The notes: a model not told the origin generated them from the letters alone. A stretch of 24,000 nucleotides of DNA from Candidatus Micrarchaeota archaeon (GCA_040755655.1 JBFMAP010000002.1:1398-25397); one strand, 5' to 3'. Shown: positions 9,293-15,877, counted from the stretch's first letter. A program made the numbers and translations.

Positions 9293-9435
9293 TTACCCCC
9301 GGGGTAGCTTGTCTGACAGCTTGGACCCTCATTAAAAAGGTGCCAAGGTTCGTTAAGCCCGGCTTTCGCCTCTGGATCCCACGCGTTTAAGGATCCAGTC
9401 AGCCCTGCATTTGTCTTTAACCCTTAACGGCGGAT

Positions 9436-9481
9436 GTCCATACGCCGCTGACCACCCTACTAAAAACTGGTCATCGGCGTC
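9436..9481 (-). other. 23S insertion, 46 nt, ORF-less, about E. coli 2300
   Basis: The hairpin GGCGGGTCAGAA...ATCCGCCG carries 46 extra nt in its loop. These are self-pairing (ACGCCG/CGGCGT, TGACCA/TGGTCA). Confidence 0.5.
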
Positions 9482-9515
9482 TTCTGACCCGCCTAAGCAG
9501 AACATTGGGCGCCCT

Positions 9516-9560
9516 TGTTTCAAGCAGCGGGCGACATTTGAAAATTTGTTTGTCGCACGC
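9516..9560 (-). other. 23S insertion, 45 nt, ORF-less, about E. coli 2270
   Basis: CCCTCGATAAGGAATCG|...|AGGGCGCCC is normally a short closed hairpin. The insert has GCGACA/TGTCGC pairing. Confidence 0.55.
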
Positions 9561-9768
9561 CGATTCCTTATCGAGGGCGTACCGCCCCAGCCAAACTATC
9601 CATCTGCTGCTGTTCCGTAAAGGTGAGGGATATATCAATCGTCGAGCGGTGTTACACTTTCGCCTATCTGCAGCCCGAAAGCTGCAACTTAACGGCTCCC
9701 GCTTACGCTCCGCAACGGCCAACATATCTCAACAACAGACTATAGTAAAGCTCCACGGGGTCTTCACG

Positions 9769-9799
9769 CAGCGCGCGCTGAAAAATACGCGACGCGCTG
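9769..9799 (-). repeat. GC-hairpin/oligo-U element, copy 2 (31 nt), a few nt 5' of the GAAGACCCC block (about E. coli 2055)
   Basis: RNA sense is CAGCGCGTCGCGTATTTTTCAGCGCGCGCTG. It differs from the copy at 12039 by one base. Confidence 0.7.
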
Positions 9800-9946
9800 C
9801 TTCGTTTCCCCCTAGAAGTCCTCCGCATATTCACGGAGTAGTGAGTTCACCAGGTCCCAGATGGGGACAGTGGGAGGCTCGTTATGCCCTTCATGCAAGC
9901 CACCAATTAAGCGGCGAGGTATTACGCTACCTTAAGAGGGTCAGAG

Positions 9947-9983
9947 TATGGGGTTGCGTCTCCAGAAAAAATAGAGACTGCAA
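9947..9983 (-). other. 23S insertion, 37 nt, ORF-less, about E. coli 1905
   Basis: GGGGGTAA|...|CTCTGACCCTCTTAAGGTAGCG. Removing 37 nt restores the usual GGGGGTAACTNTGACCC spacing. The insert has a GTCTC/GAGAC hairpin. Confidence 0.6.
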
Positions 9984-10015
9984 TTACCCCCGCTCTTTGC
10001 CGGCGCTTTGCTCCG

Positions 10016-10130
10016 TTGGAACAGAGTCTCGTCTCGCCCTTTTTCTTTCTTGAAAGGAAAGAAGAATGCAGAGTTTCATTTTCTCTTTTTTGGCACCCTG
10101 CATTTTTTCTCTTTTCCAAAGAGAAAAAAG
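10016..10130 (-). other. 23S insertion or expansion, about 115 nt, low-complexity hairpins, about E. coli 1860
   Basis: This lies between CCGGTACGTCAAACCGCC and GGAGCAAAGCGCCGG, where archaeal 23S has an about 18-nt hairpin. It contains TTTTTTCTCTTT-GGA-AAAGAGAAAAAA and TGCAG...CTGCA stems. Confidence 0.55.
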
Positions 10131-11201
10131 GCGGTTTGACGTACCGGTAGTGAGCAGGCATCGCCCCCTATACTAGGCCTTAAGACTTTGCAGGGAGCTA
10201 AGTTTTTGATAAACAGTCGACCTCCCCTTGTCACTGCGACCTGCAGTTCTTGTAAACCGCAGGCATGGTTTGTCCCGAAGTTAAACCACTAACTTGCCGA
10301 GTTCCCTCACCTGAGTTCTCCTGCCACGCCTTGGCTTTTTAAGCCAGCAGCACCTGTATTAGTTCTAGGTACAATCTCGCGGGATCGAACCGGTTCCCTT
10401 TTCACTGGCTCAAGGAATTAGCTGAACCGCCTTGCGGCGGCCTTCCCGTCTTTAGGCTGTTTCTCCTCATAACGAGTCTCCGCAGCCTTGCGGCGGTTAA
10501 ACGGGATCTCTCCCGCTCGGCCTATCCCCAAGCGTCAGGAATCGGCTTTGTGTCGCCACGTCTACCCGCGGGGCACTGGAATATTAACCAGTTTCCCTTT
10601 TGCATCCGAGTAATTGGCTGGATGCTTAGGATTGGCTTACTCTTGGCTGACGAACGTTGCCAAGAAACCCGTGTGCTATGCGGCGTCCAGGATTCTCGCC
10701 TGGATTTGCTGTTACTAACACCAGGATATGCATTTCTGGTGGGTCCATCGGATCTCAAAACCCGACTTCTACCCCAGCAGAACGCCCTCCTACCAGATGA
10801 GCAGCGCAGCTGCTCCTCCAAGGTCTCGGCACCTGACTTAGCCCCGTACATCTTCGGAGCCCGTACTCTCGACTGGTCCGCTATTACGCGTTGTTTAAAG
10901 GATGGCTGCTTCTAAGCCTACCTTCCAGCTGTTTTGGAATAGAGACTCCTTCTGGCTTCGCACTTAGTCAGATTTTAGGGGCCTTAACCCTGGTCTCGGT
11001 CGTTCCCGTCCCGGCCTGTCAGCTTACCCGACAGAACCCTACTCTCGCCTTCTACGGTGATAATGAATTCGGAGTTTGACAAAACGGCGGACCCTCTCGG
11101 ATCCATTCCGCCAAATCAGTGCTCTACCTCATTATCCACCTCCAGCGAGGTCATCCTGAGGGATGCTTCGGAGGGGACCCGCTATCGCCAAGTTCGATTG
11201 G

Positions 11202-11235
11202 ATTTGACTGGGGAGCGCCTCGAGGCGCTCCCCAT
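11202..11235 (-). other. 23S insertion, 34 nt, ORF-less, about E. coli 812
   Basis: GGGGTGAAAG|...|CCAATCGAAC is split. The insert is the perfect hairpin GGGGAGCGCC-TCGA-GGCGCTCCCC plus short flanks. Confidence 0.6.
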
Positions 11236-12032
11236 CTTTCACCCCTAGGCGTAGGTCACCCGAGCGGATATACCAGCACCGGTTGCGGGCCTCCACCAAT
11301 CGGAAGATCGGCTTCGCCCTGCCCACGTCTAGATCACATTGGCTTCGGGTCTCAGAGAAGTGATTAATCGCACTCGACCGGCGCGCGGCGAATGATAAAA
11401 ACCGCCGAGCGCCGTCTTTCATACGACGCGCCTCACAATCGTTGCGCGCGTTCGCTTTCGCTACGCCTTTCGGCTCACCACTTCAATGAACTCCCTGGCT
11501 CTTGATTCAAGAAGATGGATGGAACCCTGATCCTCGCCCCTCGCTCGGAGGATTGCTCCCCCTCGCTTCGGGGCGCCTCAAATCTTTCAGGCTCCATCAA
11601 CCTGTAACCATTCAGTTTCAGGCTCTTTTCACACCCCTTTCGGGGTCCTTTTCAGCTTTCGCTCGCGCTACTTATGCGCTATCGGTCTCAAGTCTATATT
11701 TAGAGTTGGAGGTTAATCCCCCCGCGTTCGCGCCAGATACCCGACTGACGCTACTCACCGCGCCTAGTTCCTCCCGCGTTTGCCTACGAGGCTATAACTC
11801 TTTGTCGCGAGGCATTTCAGCCCACTTCGGCTCTGCGAAAGGATATATGACGCATCACATCTCCGCGCGAGTTGCCCCGCGGGATTCGAATCGCTCTAAG
11901 CGGCTTTCAGTCGCCCTTACTCACCGCATCCCAATTGGTTTCTTTTCCTGCGGGTACTAAGATGTTTCAATTCCCCGCGTGTTTATCCACTGCTGGACAT
12001 TCGGCAATCTTGGGTTCAAAGGCTGCCTGCGC

Positions 12033-12070
12033 CTGAGCCAGCGCGCGCTGAAAAAGACGCGACGCGCTGT
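12033..12070 (-). repeat. GC-hairpin/oligo-U element, copy 3 (31-nt core 12039-12069 within a 38-nt insertion), about E. coli 75
   Basis: GATAAGCTTGGGGTAG|ACAGCGCGTCGCGTCTTTTTCAGCGCGCGCTGGCTCAG|GCGCAGGCAGCCTTTGA. Removing it restores the usual GGGGnAGGCGCAnGCAGCC. Confidence 0.65.
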
Positions 12071-12323
12071 CTACCCCAAGCTTATCGCAGCTTGCCACGG
12101 CCTTCAATTACCTGAGCCCAGCCATCCCCTGAATGGATTGAACCACGTCCGTGTATTATGCGTGCAGATGTCTCTTCAAACACATTTCTTCCGTCATTGC
12201 GCGCGCCATATAGCGAGCACTGGGACTTCGTTCGAGAAAAACTCTCGAACTGCATTTCAAATCTCATTTACGTGAATAAATGAGCGCGAATTTCGTATGA
12301 ATTTATGGATGGACTCGGCGAGA

Positions 12324-12473
12324 TTCCGAACCGCGGAGGGGGTTCGAACCCCCTCCCCAGTTTCAGGATCCTCCTGACCCTCCCCCACGAGGGCAGAAAA
12401 TTTTCCCGTCCCCAAAAATATTTTCTTTTGGGGCATCGAAAGACCTTTTCTTTTCAAAAGAAAAGGGATTTCG
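12324..12473 (-). other. tRNA-Ala T-loop (about 59/60) intervening sequence, 150 nt
   Basis: It separates GCGAG-TTCAAA from T-CTCGC-CGAGTCC-A. It consists of four consecutive hairpins, including CCTTTTCTTTT/AAAAGAAAAGG and GGAGGGGG-TTCGAA-CCCCCTCC. Confidence 0.7.
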
Positions 12474-12495
12474 TTTGAACTCGCGGCCTCCTCCT

Positions 12496-12519
12496 CTTCT
12501 GCCGGAATTTTATTCCGGA
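12496..12519 (-). other. tRNA-Ala canonical (37/38) intron, 24 nt
   Basis: TCCGGAATAAAATTCCGGCAGAAG lies between G37 and A38 and contains a TCCGGAAT/ATTCCGGC hairpin. Confidence 0.7.
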
Positions 12520-12693
12520 CGCAAAGGAGGCGCTCTACCGCTGAGCTACGAGCCCATAAAATATTTCGGCTTCAAGAACGATTAAACGAACGAACGCTGC
12601 TTGCACTTATGTCGTTTAAATTTCCGATCAGGTTTCATCTCGAAAATTTAAGGAGGTGATCTATCCGCAGGTTCCCCTACGGATACCTTGTTA

Positions 12694-12744
12694 ATCGCCT
12701 TAAAAGCTGCAGCGAGTATATTTCACTGGCAACTTTTAAAGATA
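12694..12744 (-). other. 16S insertion A, 51 nt, ORF-less, about E. coli 1499 (inside the 1492R target)
   Basis: AAGTCGT|...|TAACAAGGTATCCGTAGGGG is split. The insert pairs ttaaaag/cttttaa and tgc/gca. Confidence 0.75.
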
Positions 12745-13027
12745 CGACTTAACCCCCCTCGCAAAGCTCTAGTTCGAAGACGCCAAAAAGCGTCGCCTCA
12801 CTAAAACCTTACTTGGGTGATTTGACGGGCGGTGTGTGCAAGGAGCGGGGACGTATTCACCGCGGGATGTTGACCCGCGATTACTAGGGATTCCAGCTTC
12901 ATGAGGGCGAGTTTCAGCCCTCAATCCGAACTTGGGCTGGGTTTGAGGGATTAGCTCCTCCTTTCGGAGTGGCAACCCGTTGTCCCAACCATTGTAGGCC
13001 ACGTGTGGCCCTGGAGATTTAGGGCAT

Positions 13028-13071
13028 GAGCGGATGTATCGCGCGTACGAATGTCGCGGGATAGGTCCTAT
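13028..13071 (-). other. 16S insertion B, 44 nt, ORF-less, about E. coli 1200-1205
   Basis: GACGGTAGGTCAGTA|...|ATGCCCTAAATC is split. Confidence 0.7.
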
Positions 13072-13180
13072 ACTGACCTACCGTCGCCCCCTCCTTCCTC
13101 CTACTTAACGTAGGCGGTCCCCACAGGGTGCTCTTCTTCCGGAGAAGAAGGTCGCAACTGTGGACGAGGGTCTCGCTCGT

Positions 13181-13753
13181 AACCGGACGATCAGAGCGCA
13201 AAAGCATTAAAGATGTTGCAGCATTTCTTTCGATTCCGCGCGCCTCACGAATTTCGCAATGAAATTCGCAAATTCGCGCGTGTTCATCACCAAAAGTTTT
13301 CCCTTGTTGAAAATGTTGTGAAAACCTAGCCGCTCGAGAAGAAGCGCGTCTTCCTTCGTGCCTCGCGCAATGAAAATTCCCCTTCCCATAATCCCACCGC
13401 GCGCATCGAAAATTCCAGCAAGAAACCGCGCGGAGTATTCATTCTTCCATCTGAAGAAATGAAGCTCCTCGCGCGCGATGTTCTGGAAAAATTTCCTGTA
13501 CGCGGAGTGATGGAAGTAAACCTCCTTCTCCTTCACCTGAATCTCGTTCGGTTTCGCGAGCCCGAGTCGCAGGGATTCCTTTATGAAAATCTCCTGCAGC
13601 GTGCTGCCCGCGGCCACGCCAATCCCCTTCGAGGATGGGCGCGCCTTCCAAATTCCGATGAGATACGCAAGTTCCGGAGTCAGTTTTATTTTCATCTTTT
13701 CACTCTCGAGTTTTTCATCTGGTTTTCATAAGTAAGACTGCGCTCTGAACGTT
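13181..13753 (-). mobile_element. 16S intron C, 573 nt, LAGLIDADG-encoding, about E. coli 1093
   Basis: AAGTCCGGCAA|...|ACGAGCGAGACCC is split. There is a 10-bp perfect pairing of the intron ends (13191-13200 tcagagcgca with 13739-13748 tgcgctctga). Confidence 0.9.
13207..13695 (-). CDS. LAGLIDADG homing endonuclease, compact double-motif (162 aa)
   Basis: Motifs LAYLIGIWKA and ARFLAGIFDARGG. ATG start. The ORF lies entirely inside intron C and in the same sense as the rRNA. Confidence 0.85.
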   Translation of the reverse strand: MKIKLTPELAYLIGIWKARPSSKGIGVAAGSTLQEIFIKESLRLGLAKPNEIQVKEKEVYFHHSAYRKFFQNIAREELHFFRWKNEYSARFLAGIFDARGGIMGRGIFIARGTKEDALLLERLGFHNIFNKGKLLVMNTREFANFIAKFVRRAESKEMLQHL

Positions 13754-13800
13754 TGCCGGACTTAACCGGACAGTTCGCACCACGAGCTGACGATGGCCAT

Positions 13801-13835
13801 TAGTGTTCCAGCAGAGCATACGCTCCGGTGGAATT
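13801..13835 (-). other. 16S insertion D, 35 nt, ORF-less, about E. coli 1052
   Basis: GAGGTGGTGC|...|ATGGCCATCGTCAGCTCGTG is split. Confidence 0.7.
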
Positions 13836-13951
13836 GCACCACCTCTCGGCTCGTCTGGCAAGATCTTTGGTCTGGCCTTCATTCTGCCGTCGCTCCAGGT
13901 AATGTTCCCGGCGTTGAATCCAATTGAACCGCAGCCTCCACCCCTTGTGGT

Positions 13952-14002
13952 ATGGGCGGGGAAAAATCAAAAAGTAATTTCAAAAAATTTGACTTCCCCC
14001 CA
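13952..14002 (-). other. 16S insertion F, 51 nt, ORF-less, about E. coli 932
   Basis: TTGGCGGGGGAGC|...|ACCACAAGGGGTGGAG is split. The insert has G-rich and C-rich ends around an A/T-rich centre. Confidence 0.7.
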
Positions 14003-14015
14003 GCTCCCCCGCCAA

Positions 14016-14047
14016 GTAAGGGGACTGGGTTTTGCAAACCCGTATCC
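14016..14047 (-). other. 16S insertion E, 32 nt, ORF-less, about E. coli 919
   Basis: AACTTAAAGGAAT|...|TTGGCGGGGGAGC is split. The insert has a GGGTTT-TGCA-AACCC hairpin. Confidence 0.7.
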
Positions 14048-14053
14048 ATTCCT

Positions 14054-14653
14054 TTAAGTTTGTTGGAGGAGAGAGTCAACGATTCGAACTTTTTTATGGT
14101 GTTCGAATGGAACAAGTGCAACAAATTTCTTGAAATTTGCTCGCGATGTTATGCAAAAACGCAACGTTCCCGATTTTTTGTCGGCAACGAAGATACGCAG
14201 CGTTTTCACGCCATATTTGTCGAGCCATCTCCGGATAAAATTAAGAGATTCTCGATTCTTCTGGCTGAAACCAATCACGTAGTTTCTTTTACTGGCGTCG
14301 CCCTCGGCATCGAAAAAGCCAGCGATATAATTCGCAATGACTTTATTCCTAGCTCTTCTAATTCTAGTCGGTGTTCTCCATTTTTCTTGTGGAGAAACGA
14401 ACTCGAAATCATTCCTGAAAACGTTGAACGCTTCCATAGAATAAAATCGAGCCCTGAACTGACCAGGTTTATATTCTAATATTGTGACGGTCTTTCCGAA
14501 AGTTTTCTTAACGCGCTTAGCAATCGAATGTACGAGCCATCTGTGGTTTTTTTCGTACCACACGATGGTGTAATTCCTGCTAGCGCGATTGTAGAAAACG
14601 CTTCCGTCACGAAGCGCGCCAACGAGATAAGCTAGGTCTTTGTCGAGGTGCAC
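14054..14653 (-). CDS. LAGLIDADG homing endonuclease, double-motif (about 199 aa from GTG 14653; the frame is open to 14719)
   Basis: Motifs LAYLVGALRDGS and IANYIAGFFDAEGD. There is no usable ATG (the only in-frame Met lies between the two motifs). The first plausible start inside the intron is the GTG at 14651-14653. The stop TAA (14054-14056) lies in the downstream exon sequence CTTAAAGG. Confidence 0.8.
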   Translation of the reverse strand: MHLDKDLAYLVGALRDGSVFYNRASRNYTIVWYEKNHRWLVHSIAKRVKKTFGKTVTILEYKPGQFRARFYSMEAFNVFRNDFEFVSPQEKWRTPTRIRRARNKVIANYIAGFFDAEGDASKRNYVIGFSQKNRESLNFIRRWLDKYGVKTLRIFVADKKSGTLRFCITSRANFKKFVALVPFEHHKKVRIVDSLLQQT

Positions 14654-14678
14654 ATAACTATTAAGACTCTCCCCTTTT
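14061..14678 (-). mobile_element. 16S intron G, about 618 nt, LAGLIDADG-encoding, about E. coli 908
   Basis: GGCCGCAAGGTTGA|...|AACTTAAAGGAAT is split. The intron ends pair 9/10 (14068-14077 with 14665-14674). Confidence 0.9.
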
Positions 14679-14718
14679 TCAACCTTGCGGCCGTACTCCC
14701 CAGGCGGCAGACTTAACA

Positions 14719-14757
14719 CTTGAGCCTGCGCGAGACGAAATTCGCGCGTCTCGTGCA
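14719..14757 (-). other. 16S insertion H, about 39 nt, ORF-less, about E. coli 865 (tentative)
   Basis: There is extra sequence between GTGCCGTAGCGTAGAC and TGTTAAGTCTGCCGCCTGGGG, containing a CGAGACG-CGCGAATTT-CGTCTCG hairpin. This region is naturally variable, so the call is weaker. Confidence 0.45.
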
Positions 14758-14837
14758 GTCTACGCTACGGCACTACAACAGCTCGAAGCTATTGTAACAC
14801 CACAGTCTGCATAATTTACTGCTAGGGCTACTCGGGT

Positions 14838-15551
14838 TTTCAGTATCACTTGAGAAATTTCGCCAATCTTCTTTTTTTCGATTGATGTTTAAGGGAGACG
14901 TGTTTTGCAAACTTCTGCAAATCATCTCTCCCATAGATATAAATCTCGTATTCGGGATTTTTATATCTCGTCCGGGTATAGTTGCTATATCCCACTCCGA
15001 TGCTACTCAAAAATTCGCCAAGAAATTCAAAGACGCTTTTTGAGGTGGTTGAGATGTTGAGTTCGGCTTGTCTTTTTTTGACGCATCCTTCTGCATCAAA
15101 AAGGCCTCCAACATATTCGGCCTGCAAAGACTTACTAAGTTTTTTCATATAAGAAGGTACATGCAAGTTCTGTCGAACTGCGCCTTTCGGCACTTCCATG
15201 ACTTCAACCAGAAACTGATACACCAATACACTCTTTGTATGGCTGTAATACGTGTTTCTGTTTATATCGTGGAACGTGTTTAAATTCACGCCAAAGACAG
15301 ACTTGAAAGCTCTTCTTATTGATTTATGGAACTCTCTGCTCTGCTCGGTGAAGAGTATTCTTCCGCCAGACATATTTCCGTCGCCGTGCAAAATGCCGAG
15401 TAGTCTGCACAGCTCAGGCGTAACGCTGGTTGGAAGATGAACCTTCAAAAGAGGCTTTTTTCGCCCTTTTTTCATAAGGTTTCTTACCCGGTGCTCTAAT
15501 CTCATGAAGAGATTTAGTCGAAAGTATTTATTAGCGTTTCTCAAGTGCGAT
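14838..15551 (-). mobile_element. 16S intron I, 714 nt, LAGLIDADG-encoding, about E. coli 794 (inside the 806R target)
   Basis: GGATTAGAT|...|ACCCGAGTAGCCCTAGC is split. There is an 11-bp perfect terminal stem (14847-14857 cacttgagaaa with 15537-15547 tttctcaagtg). Confidence 0.9.
14846..15505 (-). CDS. LAGLIDADG homing endonuclease, double-motif (219 aa from ATG 15505; 232 aa if the TTG at 15544 is used)
   Basis: Motifs LCRLLGILHGDGN and QAEYVGGLFDAEGC. Same sense as the rRNA. Confidence 0.85.
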   Translation of the reverse strand: MRLEHRVRNLMKKGRKKPLLKVHLPTSVTPELCRLLGILHGDGNMSGGRILFTEQSREFHKSIRRAFKSVFGVNLNTFHDINRNTYYSHTKSVLVYQFLVEVMEVPKGAVRQNLHVPSYMKKLSKSLQAEYVGGLFDAEGCVKKRQAELNISTTSKSVFEFLGEFLSSIGVGYSNYTRTRYKNPEYEIYIYGRDDLQKFAKHVSLKHQSKKRRLAKFLK

Positions 15552-15562
15552 ATCTAATCCGA

Positions 15563-15606
15563 TTTGAACTCGTTGGAGAAGACATTCAATTCTTCAACTC
15601 CGCCGA
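15563..15606 (-). other. 16S insertion K, about 44 nt, ORF-less, about E. coli 781
   Basis: GCTAGGAGAACGAA|...|TCGGATTAGAT is split. The boundary is ambiguous by 4 nt because of a TCGG repeat. The insert has an internal GTTGAAGA/TCTTCTCCAAC hairpin. Confidence 0.65.
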
Positions 15607-15660
15607 TTCGTTCTCCTAGCCTTCGTCCCTCACTGTCAGACGTGTTTTGGTCAAGCGCCT

Positions 15661-15690
15661 TGACGCTGCGCGCGCCCGAGCGCGCGCAGA
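15661..15690 (-). other. 16S insertion J, 30 nt, ORF-less, about E. coli 727
   Basis: CCAGTGGCGAA|...|GGCGCTTGACC is split. The insert is a CTGCGCGCGC-TCGG-GCGCGCGCAG hairpin. Confidence 0.7.
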
Positions 15691-15877
15691 TTCGCCACTG
15701 GAAGTCCTTATAGGATTACAGGATTTTACCCCTACCCCATAAGTACTCTTGACCTCCCCCACTCTCAAGCCCGCCAGTATTTCCTGCACGCCTTCAGGTT
15801 GAGCCTGAAGATTTCACAGGAAACTTAACGGGCCAGCTACGGACTCTTTAGGCCCAATATTCGTGGACACCACTTGG

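Larger units (their letters stand above)
8668..12160 (-). rRNA. 23S rRNA gene, interrupted by multiple short insertions
   Basis: Reverse-complement blocks seen include GGCAAGCTGCGATAAGC, GACCGATAGCG, CTTAAGGTAGCGTAATACC, GAAGACCCCGTGGAGCTTTAC, GAGCTGGGTTCAGAACGTCG, AGTACGAGAGGAAC (sarcin-ricin loop) and CTGAAAGCATCTAAG. The ends are bracketed by a long processing stem (8638-8667 pairs with 12161-12192). Confidence 0.95.
12310..12555 (-). tRNA. tRNA-Ala (anticodon UGC) in the 16S-23S spacer, with two intervening sequences
   Basis: Acceptor GGGCTCG/CGAGTCC with G3:U70. D-arm GCTC-AGCGGTA-GAGC. Anticodon stem CCTCC/GGAGG with loop TT-TGC-G|intron|A. T-stem GCGAG/CTCGC with loop TTCAAA|150 nt|T. 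Discriminator A. Exons total 72 nt. Confidence 0.8.

Noticed and set aside
8844-12070. Whether the three 29-31 nt repeats form a CRISPR array
   Set aside because: The copies are 0.9 and 2.3 kb apart inside a 23S rRNA gene, and the intervening sequence is conserved rRNA. This is not a repeat-spacer array.
8975-12457. About 20 ORFs of 60-182 aa from the six-frame track (for example 9505-10053, 11502-11960, 10550-10915)
   Set aside because: All lie inside the 23S rRNA gene or the spacer. They have Arg/Ser/Pro-rich nonsense-like composition, and the rRNA identity of the DNA is unambiguous.
12324-12473. A second tRNA nested in the tRNA-Ala T-loop insertion, suggested by the T-arm-like GGAGGGGGTTCGAACCCCCTCC
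   Set aside because: I could not find a matching acceptor stem, D-arm or anticodon arm around it. It is more likely a plain hairpin or a tRNA fragment remnant.
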